Shown here piece after piece: positions 1 through 11,240 of a DNA stretch of 64,000 bases. The translations under genes were made by a program, and so were the position numbers. The notes under the pieces were generated by a model, which saw only the letters and a list, made by a program, of their open reading frames with translations, did not search any database and was not told the origin of the DNA. Numbering within the stretch: the stretch's first letter is position 1; every line of letters begins with the position of its first letter. Source of the stretch: Isurus oxyrinchus (taxonomy: Eukaryota); NCBI GenBank assembly GCA_026770705.1, contig JANJGN010000013.1, positions 40,548,001 through 40,612,000 on the forward strand. Direction: 5' to 3'.

Positions 1-235
1 AGGTCTTTCTAATTAAATGAAGGAGATATAGAACAGAAAAAATAAATTCAAAGTATCTTATATCAAAAAGCCTACCTGCAGCTTACAGTTACCAATAAAT
101 ATGAATCTATAATCCAGATCAGAAAGTGTACACAGTATATTCCATATTTCTAGCTGTGTCAGTGCATATTGTTGCCCTGTATAATGTTGCAATAGTTTGA
201 AATAAACCAGGCAATGTTTCTCGTAAGATTTTTAA

Positions 236-596
236 AATATTCTTTCATGGGATGTAGGCGTCGCTGACAAGGGCAGCATTTATTAATCATCCCTAAATCC
301 TACAATTGAGTGGCTTGCTAGGCTATTTCAGAGGGCAGTTTCGAGTCACCCACATTGATGTGGGTCTGAAGTCACATGTAGTCACATGTACAGACCAGGT
401 AAGGACAGGAGATTTTCTTCCCTAAAGGAATCAGTGAACCAGATGGGTTTTTACGACTATCTTTGATAGTTTCATGGTCACTGTTACTGAGACTAGCTTT
501 CAATTTCAGGTATTTTTATTTATTAATTGAACTTATTAATTGAATTTAAATTCCACCAGCTGCCATGGTGGGATTTGAACCCATATTCCCAGAGCA
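236..596 (-). mobile_element. tRNA-headed SINE / short derivative of the LINE family at 19364 and 61167
   Basis: B-box GGGTTCAAATCCC on minus strand (570-582); body matches the LINE 5' region; 3' end matches the LINE tail (...aataaatgctg...catcccatgaa). Confidence 0.75.
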
Positions 597-613
597 AACA
601 TTGCTTTATGTTT

Positions 614-1091
614 CAAAAACAGAATTACCTGGAGAAAAGCAGCAGGTCTGGCAGCATCGGTGGAGAAGAAAAGAGTTGACGTTTCGAGTCCTCATGACCC
701 TTCAACAGAACTGAGTGAATCTAAGGAGAGGGGTGAAATATAAGCTGGTTTAACGTGGAGTGGGGGGAGAGAAGTGGGGGCCGGTGTGGTGTGGTTGTAG
801 GGACAAGCAAGCAGTGATAGGAGCAGATGTCTGCTCCTATCACTGCTTGCTTGTCCCTACAATCACACCACCCCCCCCACTTCTCTCCCCCATCCAACCC
901 CCTCGCCTCCCTCACCTTAAACCAGCTTATATTTCACCCCTCTCCTTAGATTCACTCAGTTCTGTTGAAGGGTCATGAGGACTTGAAACGTCAACTCTTT
1001 TCTTCTCCGCCGATGCTGCCAGACCTGCTGAGTTTTTCCAGGTAATTCTGTTTTTGTTTTGGCTTTCCAGCATCCGCAGTTTTTTGTTTTT
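614..1091. mobile_element. Penelope-like fold-back element (inverted pseudo-LTR pair), family A
   Basis: Arms 614-~828 and ~829-1056 are reverse complements, with a ~35 nt unpaired 3' tail. TSD attgctttatgttt (600-613) / attgccttacgttt (1092-1105). Same sequence as the pLTR following the GIY-YIG ORF in the 15439-16648 element. Confidence 0.85.
958..996 (+). ncRNA. Minimal type-I hammerhead ribozyme-like motif (variant core CUGUUGA) in PLE pLTR
   Basis: AGTT-CTGTTGA-A-GGGTC-ATGAG-GACTT-GAAAC-GTC-AACT: stem I AGTT/AACT, stem II, GAAA, palindromic ACGT stem III, GUC cleavage triplet. Inverted copy at 674-712. Confidence 0.6.
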
Positions 1092-1212
1092 ATTGCCTTA
1101 CGTTTAACGGTTAATGATGAGGAAGGGATAAGTACAGCACTTCTGTGGAACTTCTGTTTTAATCGTGTTTCATTCTATATAAACAATACATCAAGTAATG
1201 GTAGATAGCAAG

Positions 1213-1790
1213 ATAAAGGCAAATTACTGCAGATGCTGGAAATCTGAAACAAAAACAAAAAATGCTGGAAAAACTGACAGCATCTGTGGAGAGAAAGACA
1301 GAGTTAACGTTTCGAGTCCGTGTGACTCTTCTTCAGAGCTAAGAGGAGTAAAAATGTGGTGAAACTTATACTATGTAAGGGGGATGGAGCAGGTGAAGCT
1401 GGATAGAAGGCCAGCAATAGGTAGAGACAAAGGAGAGATTGTCAAAGATGTCATAAACAAAAGGTCAAAGGGGTTGTTGATGGTGGTGGTACTGCCTAAA
1501 GGAGGTGCTAATGGTGACGTTAAGGTCAGAAAGCAGAATGTGATAATAGCCGGACAAGAGTAAACACTCTGGAAAGAACAACATGAGCAAGTGACATATG
1601 GCCCTAGTGGGGATGGGGGGCAGTGGTTGAAAAAAGATCGAAATTAGGCTAAAAGGTGGGGATAAAACAATGAATAAAAATGAAAATAAATTTATAAAAT
1701 AATTTAAAAATAAGCGGGAAAAAAATAAAAATGAATATTGAAAAAAGGGGATAAAAGGGGTGAGGATGGAGGAGAGAATTCATGGTCTGA
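1213..1790 (-). mobile_element. Penelope-like pseudo-LTR, family B (solo)
   Basis: Same terminal architecture as family A (tgcagatgctggaaatc...aaaatgctggaaaaact...cagcatctgtggaga); contains a hammerhead motif; ends where the GIY-YIG ORF stop region would lie. Confidence 0.75.
1302..1340 (-). ncRNA. Minimal hammerhead ribozyme motif (canonical CUGANGA core)
   Basis: Reverse complement reads AGCT-CTGAAGA-A-GAGTC-ACACG-GACTC-GAAAC-GTT-AACT; perfect 5-bp stem II, one mismatch in stem I. Confidence 0.65.
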
Positions 1791-1959
1791 TGGAGAGCAG
1801 TTCTACTCTGATCTAGGTATATTGTAAAGTTTTTGGTCAAAGATCTGATCAGGATTCAGCTAACATTCAATTATGGTCCAGTTCTTTTTGCCCTCAATTA
1901 CATTTTATATAGATACAACTGAAGTGTTACTGTAAATGGTTCCCTGTCCTTTGCCACTG

Positions 1960-3225
1960 TAGACCCACTCCAAAACTTCCATCAATGCCAACATCTCCTA
2001 AGGAGCCATCTTCGACCCCTCTGTTCTTACAAGCTATGACCCCATCTTTAGCTTCTTTTCTTCTTCAAAGTCCTGTAATATGTTCCTACCTCCCAGATCT
2101 GTGATCACTTCTCTTGCAACTTCCTGTCTCAATCTCTCCAATCAGGTTTCTGCCCCACCCACAGCACTGAGGTGACCCTAAACTATGATATGAATCACAT
2201 CCTCTGTGACTGTGATGCATTGTCCCCATTCAACCTCTTTGCAGCCGTAGATACGGTTGATCACACTAGCCCCTCCTCCACAACTATTGTTCAGCTTATT
2301 GAAACTTGAAGTCCTTTTCACCAACTCTGTTGCTCCTCCTTGGCTCTGAATCAGGCTGTTCAGTTCAATTCTGAAATGAGGTTCTGACCATTTATTCTTC
2401 CATCCTCTACATTCCATAAACTTCAGCTTGTCCAAAACTCTGTTCCTCGTACCCTATCCCACACCTCCAATCACCACTGTTCTTGCTGATGTACATTGAC
2501 TTCCATTCCTCTGTTCCTCAAATTTAACATTTCCATCCTTCTGCTTAAATCCCATTATAGCTTCATCTCTCCAATCTCCTTCCACCCTTGAACTCTTCCT
2601 TCCTCTGACTCTAGTCTCTTATGCCTTTCCTTCTCCCTTCAGCCCACCATTGGCAATCTGCCTAGGCCCCATGCTCAGGAATTCTTTCCTCCAACTGCTC
2701 CACTCAATTTCCTTTAAGGTCCTGAAAAACAATATTTGTATGGCACCTTTAAAACATTCCAATGTGTCTCATAGGAGCATAATCAGATAAAAATTGATAC
2801 CATTGCAAAGGAGATATTAGATGGAATACCTGAAAGCTTGTCAGAGTTCAGTTTTAATGATAAGGGTCTTAAAGGAGGAGAGTTTTAAGGAAGGAATTCC
2901 ATAACTCATGGCCTAGATAGCTGAGGGCTAATGGTGGTGTCAGGGGAATGGGGGAAGGGTAAGATCCTGGAGTTGTGGGGTTAGAGGAGGATACAGACAT
3001 AGGGAAGGGTGAAGGCATGGAGGGATTTAAATATGAGAATGAGAATTTTAAATTTGAAGCATTGGTGGACTTGGAGCCAATGTAGGCCAAAACCCATGCC
3101 TTGGACCACATTTTTTATCACTGTCCTTAATACCCCCTCCTTTGGCTCAGTTTTTAATCTTTTTCCATACACTTTTATGAACCATGTCAGAATGTTTTTC
3201 TATGTTAAAAGTCTGAGTTAAATGA
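1960..3225. mobile_element. Degenerate L2-type LINE fragments (both orientations)
   Basis: Remnants resembling L2 RT motifs (DPSVL..Y.PI near 2014; HSTE..L near 2160) and L2-like 3' tails; heavily decayed, boundaries approximate. Confidence 0.5.
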
Positions 3226-3423
3226 TGTTGTTATGTCTGAAATGTGTTGCAGTGACAAGCAGAGTAGACTTCAGCTGTCCATGATTTAAAATCTTAACCG
3301 AAGTTATACAAGAGTTTATCTCATTTAAAATGCACCCGTTACATTGACAGACAAAGGATAAGTGATGTATTGCCTTTATGTGATTAAATAATTAACTCCA
3401 TCCTTGTGTGTCAATTCTTACAG

Positions 3424-3488
3424 TTCCCTTGATCCGCTACATGGAATCGAGGATTATGATGCCGCTTACAGTCTCTACTTTACAATGA
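3424..3488 (+). CDS. NIPSNAP1: NIPSNAP1 terminal coding exon (partial gene; upstream exons outside window)
   Basis: Acceptor ttcttacag| then phase-1 (V)PLIRYMESRIMMPLTVSTLQ*, matching the recalled NIPSNAP1 C-terminus [21 protein letters not shown]. Followed by ~1 kb AT-rich unique 3'UTR-like DNA. NIPSNAP2 cannot be fully excluded from 21 aa. Confidence 0.85.
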
Positions 3489-4448
3489 TGATCTCTTGGT
3501 TTTCTTATATTCCAATTGGACATAAATCCTGTACAGATTAAATATAGTCATCAGTGTTTTTCTCAAATGCTAGCGTTCAACTAAAATGTAATCATCCTCA
3601 TGGAAAGATTTGTGTTTACTAGATATATAGTAGCAGGTTGCACTTTAGCCAGCATTTACAGAATGGCAGATTGTCATTTGAGAATATTGCAGTTCTGTTA
3701 TCAGTAATTGTAATGCTGGATTATTTCCACTTTTTCTAACATTCTAATGTGTCAATTATCAGGTGCTTTTACTGGCACAAAAATAGACTACTGCTGAATT
3801 GAAGCACAAATTATTTTATTTACTGTTAACATTTTACTGTATGTGGCCATTTATCACATCTGAAGGGACAGTTTTTAATGTACAGGATCACTGATGGTTT
3901 TTACATGCCTTTCTAGATTCTATTTTAGCTTGACATTGCTCACTTGAAAGCTACTGAGTGGTATTACAATATTTTAAAATGTCTTAGTAATTCACATGGG
4001 TAATTTTGGAAAACATTGCACTTTATGTGCTGTCAGGCATCTATAAATAATTACTTACACACTTTCCTTAATTCCTTGAAATGTTCCTTTTTTACAAACC
4101 CTCCTTTCCATTAGATAAGATGGTTACAAATGATTGATTGATATGAATTGCCATTAGAAAATTAAGGCCACAAATTTCTGATGTTGAAAACAAGATTTGG
4201 TGCTGCAATAATTCAAGACTTTTTAAAAGGAAAACTGAATCCAATTGAAGCTGCTTACATGACTGATGCTGTACTCGGTGCACATTTGATAATCCAACTT
4301 GGGAGATGATTTAGTGTTGAGTAGATCTTGAATTATTTCATAATCTGTTTACAATTGAAGTCTTGAAATTGTGTTGTTGATTTCTTTTTGTGATTAACGT
4401 TTGTGATGTATTTTTAAAGAAAGTGTACAAATTTTAATTCTAAAACTA

Positions 4449-4454
4449 ATTAAA
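4449..4454 (+). terminator. Candidate polyadenylation signal (ATTAAA) of NIPSNAP1
   Basis: ATTAAA near the end of the AT-rich unique stretch after the stop codon; inference only. Confidence 0.35.
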
Positions 4455-4681
4455 ATATACATTTTGAAGCATTTTGTAAGCTTGAACTTCTCCTGCAGCA
4501 GCATTTAACAGAGAAATCATTTCTATTTGGAAAAAGTGAGCAATTATTTTAATATACTCCCTCTGTTCGTAAATCTTCCAACACTTTTACAAGATGCAAA
4601 ATTTGCATCGCGTAGCAGTTTGAATCTCAATCTCAGCTCATGTTTAAACCACACTTCCTTCAGTGAACATTTCTATCCATT

Positions 4682-5040
4682 ACATAGAACGTTATAATAC
4701 AGAAATAGGTCATTTGGTCCAACGCGTGAATTCCAGTGTTTATGCTCCACTGAACCTCCGCCTACCCTACTTCACCTTATCAACATATCCTTATATTCCT
4801 TTCTCCCTCATGTGTTTATCCTGCTTCCCTTTAAATACAAATATGCTATTTGCATCGACCACTTCATGTAGTAGCAAGTTCCACATTCTCACCACTCTCA
4901 GGAGAAGCCTCTTTGCTCTGAATTCCTTACTGGATCTCTTAGTGACTATTATTTTTCTTTCTAATCTGCCCAGTCAAACCTCTTCATAATTTTAGAGATT
5001 GCTGTCAGACCATCTCTTTATCTTCTCTTTTCTGGTGAAA
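4682..5040 (-). mobile_element. CR1 LINE 3' end fragment
   Basis: Reverse complement resembles the CR1 ORF2 C-terminus and 3'UTR seen intact at 9400-9755. Confidence 0.6.
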
Positions 5041-5729
5041 AGATTTATACTTCTTTACAAGTGGTTGGTCTATTTGTTTTTCTTCCTTTGAAAATGATTT
5101 TATTCTCACTAAAATGAGGAATGTTCATTCTGGAGTATGGAAAACTTTCCATTTCAGACTCCCAGTGCCACCATCAAACATTTCTGGTTCAGGCATAGTC
5201 CAGTTAGATGAAGAGTAAAGTTTGGCTTCTTTTTTGCTGCAATATTGCATTTTTACCACTTTTCACTGTCCTTTCTTGATTGCATTCTCCCTTATTGGGG
5301 TATGAAGACTGGCAGTCCTTTCATATTTCATCCAAAGAATGTGGGGATTACAATTGCATCCAATTCTGTCCAGACTTTATGTTAACAAATGTACATTTTT
5401 AGCAGAGGTCATTAAGTTGGTATGAGGATAAATAATTATCCCTCATTGTTCCAGAGGTACTGAAACCAAATGTTGCCTGGTTGACTCAACACAGACCAGG
5501 AATTTGAACTTATGACTTCCTTTTTTATATAACTTAGTGACATTGCAAGTCTAACACAAAAGTGATATTGTTTACTTCTGTGGACACATCACACATACTG
5601 GACATGTTACAAACTGTCACAATCTTATTATTTTTAACCTGTTTTACGTTAAAATTTAAAAATGTATTGATTTTCTCTCCTTACTTCCTGTTAATCGTGT
5701 CGACTGCCTTTGGGTAAACTCTGGTTTAC

Positions 5730-5935
5730 AACCTACGTGGGTAACATACATAGAATGAGAGCCATGCTGCCGCACAAAATGCCATTGAGCTGACCACTGG
5801 GATGCTTAAGCAATGTTTCTGCTGCCTGGACCACTCTGGAGCAGCCCTGCAGTGCCCTCCGGAGCATGTGTCATGATTCATTATGATCTGCTGCATCCTG
5901 CACAACCTTGTTAGCCTGAGGGCACAACTCTTGTC
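5730..5935 (+). pseudogene. Degenerate Harbinger transposase C-terminal fragment
   Basis: Translates NESHAAAQNAIELTTGMLKQCFCCLDHSGAALQCPPEHVS*FIMICCILHNL, colinear with the transposase C-terminus at 34230-34385. Confidence 0.75.
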
Positions 5936-6917
5936 ACAACAAGCAGTTCAAGAGAAGGAGGCAACCAACACATACCCTCTTCGCCTGGGGCTGTCTGTGA
6001 TCGGCTCATCTGATTGAGGTACCAGTGAATGCAACCCCAATTCCCCATTCACCAACAGTCCCAGGCCACACCTTCCCTCAGTTAATGACCAATATACAGT
6101 GATCTTGACCACAATTCTGAAACAAAAGCCACTACAAAAGAAACATTCCAATCCATCCTTATCAATTAAGCCTTCCAATATTCCATCCATCATTGTGCAT
6201 TCCTTAGTTTTTGTTTTGTGTGTGCCTTTGTCTGTCCTAGTGCTCTATAGCAGAACTATATGCCTGATGTAAGGTTGCTGACTTGCAGTGAGGGAGACTG
6301 CAGATGGCCTTGCAGGATGACTTCATGCAAGCCATGGCTGGCTCCTGCGAGGCAACCCTGGGGCAACAGGTGCCAACACCTCTCCTATCCCTAGGACCCT
6401 AGCTGACCCAACAGCCTGAATAGACTGGCTAGCAGGCACGGCCAAGGAGATAAATCATGGGCCCTAGTGCTCCTCCTGTTTCGGGCCCCTTCACCCTCCT
6501 CCCCTGGGACCCTCCCCCTCAATCATGCATGTTATTCTTTCCCCCTTTCAAGATTCACCAATCACTTCACTAAACAATCACAGAAAGGTCCCAGTAAAAT
6601 GGTAATGCACATTGTTGGCATCCGGATACAAATATCATCCAGTCTATATGCAGCATAGGTCATCAATATTAGGAGTAGCAGTAATATAATGCAGTGTTAG
6701 TTAGTGTGTGCCCTATAGTGATCCCGCAATGACCATTAAACAAACCAGTGAGTACAAATTATATCTTAACACCATTGTGCAATATTGCTAATCCGACAGC
6801 AAACAATTCCATTAGCTATTTATAGCACTGCATACAGAAAACAGTGATTTCAGTGACTGCCTCATTAACATGTTCTGTTCATTTCACTGTAATGGTGACT
6901 GTAGTTTCATAACTTAG

Positions 6918-7012
6918 TGCAGATACTGGAAATCTGAAATAAAAAGAAAAAATGCCAGAAAAACTCAGCAGGTCAGGTAGCTTCCATGGAGAAAAACAGA
7001 GTTAACTTTTCA
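6918..7012 (-). mobile_element. Short Penelope-like pLTR terminal fragment
   Basis: tgcagatactggaaatctgaaat...aaaaactcagcaggtc...agagttaac matches PLE termini elsewhere in the window. Confidence 0.65.
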
Positions 7013-8663
7013 CATTGGTGGCCTTTCACTTGAAAGGTAACTTCAAATTTCGAAGAAAGGTTCAATACTTGAAACCCAGATTGCAAGGAAGCCTTCAGAT
7101 TTTGTTTTATATTTTGACTACCTTTTCTGAACAGAAAACAAGACTGTCTCCATGCTGCAGCTCGTATTGTTTCAATGTTGGAGTTGTAGAAAGAGAGAGG
7201 GAGGAAGGGGAGGAAGAGAGGGGATGGTTCCGTTCACTGACTGCTGCCTGAGCTCCCTTCTCCCTCCCCGGACAGGAGCAGCTGCCAATGAGGCCACTCA
7301 ACTTCACCTCTGCCCACTGACCCCGCCATGTGGCTGATGGCATAGGGCCGCATTGCTCAAACAGAGAGAGAGGGGGTAGGCCAGCCAGGCGGAGCCATAC
7401 CTTGCTGCCAGCTGTAGGGGGAGGGAAGGAAGGAAGGAAGAGCTGCTGAGGATATGCATCTCGGCAAACCAGCTCTGGGTCCCCACTCCACAGACTTCGC
7501 TGTACTCACAGACTCCCCCCTCCCACTGGGACCAGAAGACGAAAACAGTGGGCGGGGGATAGGAGAGGTGTTGGCACCAGTTGCCCCAGGATTGGGTCCC
7601 AGGAGCCAGCCATGGCTTTGGGTTTGGGCTGCACTCAGGGAGCCTCTCCAGCTTTGGTCCCACTCCAGCTTTTCCTCTCTTGCCACAGGTTCTGAATGTA
7701 ATAGTTTCTGTCATTGTGTTTGGCTTTCAACTGCAGTCAGTATCTGGCTGAGGTCAGCACTTTGCCAACACATCTAAGTCCACATTGTAATATTTCAGGC
7801 ATTATATTCTCACTCACCTCACTCAGGGTGAGACATCCCCGATCACTCATTCAAATTTACAGAAATCCTGAGGCTCCCTTGAGAGCAACCTGGGTTCAGC
7901 CTACAGTGTGGCAGTTTGAGATATTCCCATCATCTGATGGGCTGTGCATTCTCCACTCTTGATCCTTTTTGGTTGCACTGATGAGAACATAGCAGTATAG
8001 TGCCCAAAATTGCTGGGTTACCACTCTGCCATGACAAGAGAAAAGGCGAGAGACCCGTCTGCCAGGTGCTCAGGCTGTTGACTACATCCAAAAACCCAGG
8101 GATGGGATTATTTCAGAATTCAAACAGAACATTGACTCTACTGTGCAGCTAGCGAGCTGGAGGCAGGGCAGAACTTGGGAGCCTTTGAACTTCTGAGCAA
8201 AGTAACAGTAAGCAGCGGAATTATTTCTCCAGTGAAATGCAATAAGAGGACAGCTACCTAATATAAATTGGGTTCGCAAAATCAAACCTGGTTACTTACA
8301 GAATGGCTTGACTCCAGGTCTGATTGGTGGGGGAAATGGTCCAATCATTTCCATTCTGGATGGATTATGTCGCCAGTTGCCACTAAATGGAGCCTTTAAT
8401 ATTGGGCATGAGGATGCATGTCTGTAGAGATGCAATTAAGGCATCTTCCCTTGCTGGTAGAAAGCTGAAGCACACCCTACCTTTCTGATGGGCAAAAGTC
8501 CTCCCCCAGTCCCTTGATGCATACTCAAGGAAGAGATCCCAGGGAAGAGGGGAAGGGCCCTGGGCCACAGACACCATCATCAAGGGACTGGACTGGGAGA
8601 CGACTTAAAAACTCAGAAAAGATTGCGGGGGTGGGGAAGAGCCCTGGACCATAGGCACAAAAC

Positions 8664-9755
8664 ACAAGATTGGCTGTCCGGCAGGAGGCAGAGAGCGGGG
8701 ATAAGGGGGTCCTTCTCAGGATGGCAGCCAGTGACTAGCGGAGTTCCGCAGGGGTCAGTGTTGAGACCACAACTTTTCACTTTATACATTAATGATCTAG
8801 ATGAAGGAACTGAGGGCATCCTGGCTAAGTTTGCAGATGACACAAAGATAGGTGGAGGGACAGGTAGTATTGAGGAGGCAGGGAGACTGCAGAAGGATTT
8901 GGACAGGTTAGGAGAATGGGCAAAGAAGTGGCAGATGGAATACAACGTGGGCAAGTGTGAGGTCATGCACTTTGGTAGGAAGAATAGAGGCATAGACTAC
9001 TTTCTAAATGGGGAGAGAATTCAGAAATCTGGAGTGCAAAGGGACTTGGGAGTCCTAGTCCAGGATTCTCTTAAGTTTAACTTGCAGGTTGATGCTGTAG
9101 TTAGGAAAGCAAATGCAATGTTGGCATCTATTTCGAGAGGACTAGAATATAAAAGCAGGGATGTGCTGCTGAAGCTTTATAAGGCTCTGGTCAGACCACA
9201 TTTAGAATATTGTGAGCAATTTTGGGCCCCATATCTCAGGAAGGATGTGCTAGCCCTGGAGAGGGTCCAGAGGAGGTTCACGAGAATGATCCCAGGAATG
9301 AAAGGCTTAACATATGAGGAACGTTTGAGGACTCTGGGTCTATACTCGATGGAGTTTAGAAGGATGAGGGGGTATCTGATTGAAACTTACAGAACACTGA
9401 AAGGCCTGGATAGAGTGGACATGGGGAAGATGTTTCCATTAGTAGGATAGACTAGGACCCGAGGGCACAGCCTCAGAGTAAAGGAAAGACCTGTTAGAAC
9501 AGAGATGAGGAGAAACTTCTTTAGCCAGAGAGTGGTGAATCTACGGAATTCATTGCCACAGAAGGCTGTGGTGGCCAGGTCATTGAGTGTATTTAAGACT
9601 GAGATAGATAGGTTCTTGATTGGTAAGTGGATCAAAGGTTACGGGGAGAAGGTGGGAGAATGGGGTTGAGAAACTTATCAGCCATGAGTGAATGGCGGTG
9701 CAGACTCAAATGGCCAAATGGCCTAATTTCTGCTCCTATGTCTTATGGTCTTATG
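8664..9755 (+). mobile_element. 5'-truncated young CR1 LINE (RT C-terminal half + 3'UTR)
   Basis: ORF 8623-9450 contains VTSGVPQGSVL, KFADDTK, YKALVRPHLEYC and LERVQRRFTRMI; premature TAG at 9448; tail tcctatgtcttatggtcttatg. Confidence 0.93.
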
Positions 9756-10339
9756 GAGACACCTTCATCAAGAGATTGAACTAGGGGAACGACTTTGAGA
9801 CTCAGAGAAGAGGTTGGGAATGGAAGGGCCTATGCGGGGGCAGGTTAAGTAAATGTAGAGGCACTTACTTTGCGCTCCAGTTGGGGAAGAAAGCGGCACA
9901 CAAGTCTGACACAAAAACTGGTCACGAGGAGATAGGCAGGAAAAGGAGCTGAACAATAGCAATCATTGGCTGAGTAACCTGCCGATCAGGGTGACCCATC
10001 TGCCAGATTGGCTGCTTTGAACACTGACCATCCAGAATGACAGGCTACTCAGCCAATGAGCATGGGTCCCACTAGCCCCCAGTGATTGGCACCATTTGCA
10101 TCCCCCTCTCCTGGACCTTGCTGGCAGGCAAAAACAAGGACACTGGTGGAGTGGCAGCGCTGGGGGATGAACGTTGTAATCCTGAGAGAGGAAGAAGGTA
10201 CATGCTGCACAGAGCCACTGCAACTCTGCTGGGACAGCGCCACCGAAATCCTAGCAATTTGCTGAAGTACAAATTGCAGGACTGCTTTGAGAGTCCAGAA
10301 GCTCCTTTGAACACTGTTATCTGCAATGGCAACAAGTGA

Positions 10340-11240
10340 GCTTGTGTGACAACAAACTATGTTTGCCTGACTTCAGTCTGAGCAGCCATGACTTAAGCTG
10401 TGGCTTCCACTTGTGCTGACTGGAAGCTGAGAAATCAGTCACCAGATACTGGCTAATGGTTGGGTTTGATAATGGAGTTCAGAACCATTTCCATGCTGGT
10501 AAAGATGGGCTCCAAGCTCTGCGCTAGGCCCTGTGCCAAGTTGGTGCCAGAATCCTCCATACTCCTTGACAGTGAAGCAGGTTTTTTGGGACGCCTGCCA
10601 AGCATTTGTGTGTGCATACTCATCAGCTTTCTTCCATATCCTGCCCCATCAGAGTTCTCATCTGAGTTCCCTTCAGCAGAACTCATGTGCGACCTCCTCC
10701 TACAAAGAATTGCTATCTCCCCATGGTGCACAATCACCAAGTGCAGATCACACCTCTAAGCTATCCGTTACAATACGTGCAGTGTCAGAATCTGAGCTGG
10801 AGGCTCAGAGAGTCAGCAAATGGATGTATTTCATCATTAATTGTCTTGTCCCTTCTTGCTCTTACCCCATTGTCTGGCCAGGTTGTAGTTCTTGGATATC
10901 TGAAAGGAGAAAAGCACAAAGGTAGGAGGGTTGTAGTGAGGAAATTGTGGGGGAAAGAAAGGGGTGTAATACTTACACAATCTGCAGCTTGTAAATCAGA
11001 AGAGCTTGTGGGATGAGGGAGGGGTGGGATGTGATAGGGAGGATTATGTACGAGGATACCATCATCTTCAGTGGTTCCAACCCCACTGCTGGCCCTGGCC
11101 TCAGTCATGACCGCTCCAATGATGGTGAATACTGGCTCCTGCATCAGGATGAAGACATGCAGCCAAGCCTGTCTCCCATCAGTTGGTTGCTATTGCCTGT
11201 GGTTCTGTGGCACCTTATCCTGCAAGAGAGAGGGAAGTGT
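10340..11240 (-). mobile_element. Probable decayed Harbinger Myb/SANT-like gene remnant
   Basis: Minus-strand exon-like piece after an acceptor near 11220 reads DKVPQNHRQ*QPTDGR, resembling the 'K.AHN.RE...TGGG' exon of the element at 36999; weak. Confidence 0.4.

Noticed and set aside
614-1091. CRISPR array, pre-miRNA or DNA-transposon MITE reading of the palindromes
   Set aside because: There is no repeat-spacer periodicity. The arms equal the PLE pLTR, with an asymmetric tail and long variable TSDs typical of retrotransposition.
8623-9450. 275-aa reverse transcriptase ORF as a functional gene
   Set aside because: It is a 5'-truncated CR1 lacking the RT N-terminal motifs and endonuclease, with a premature stop.
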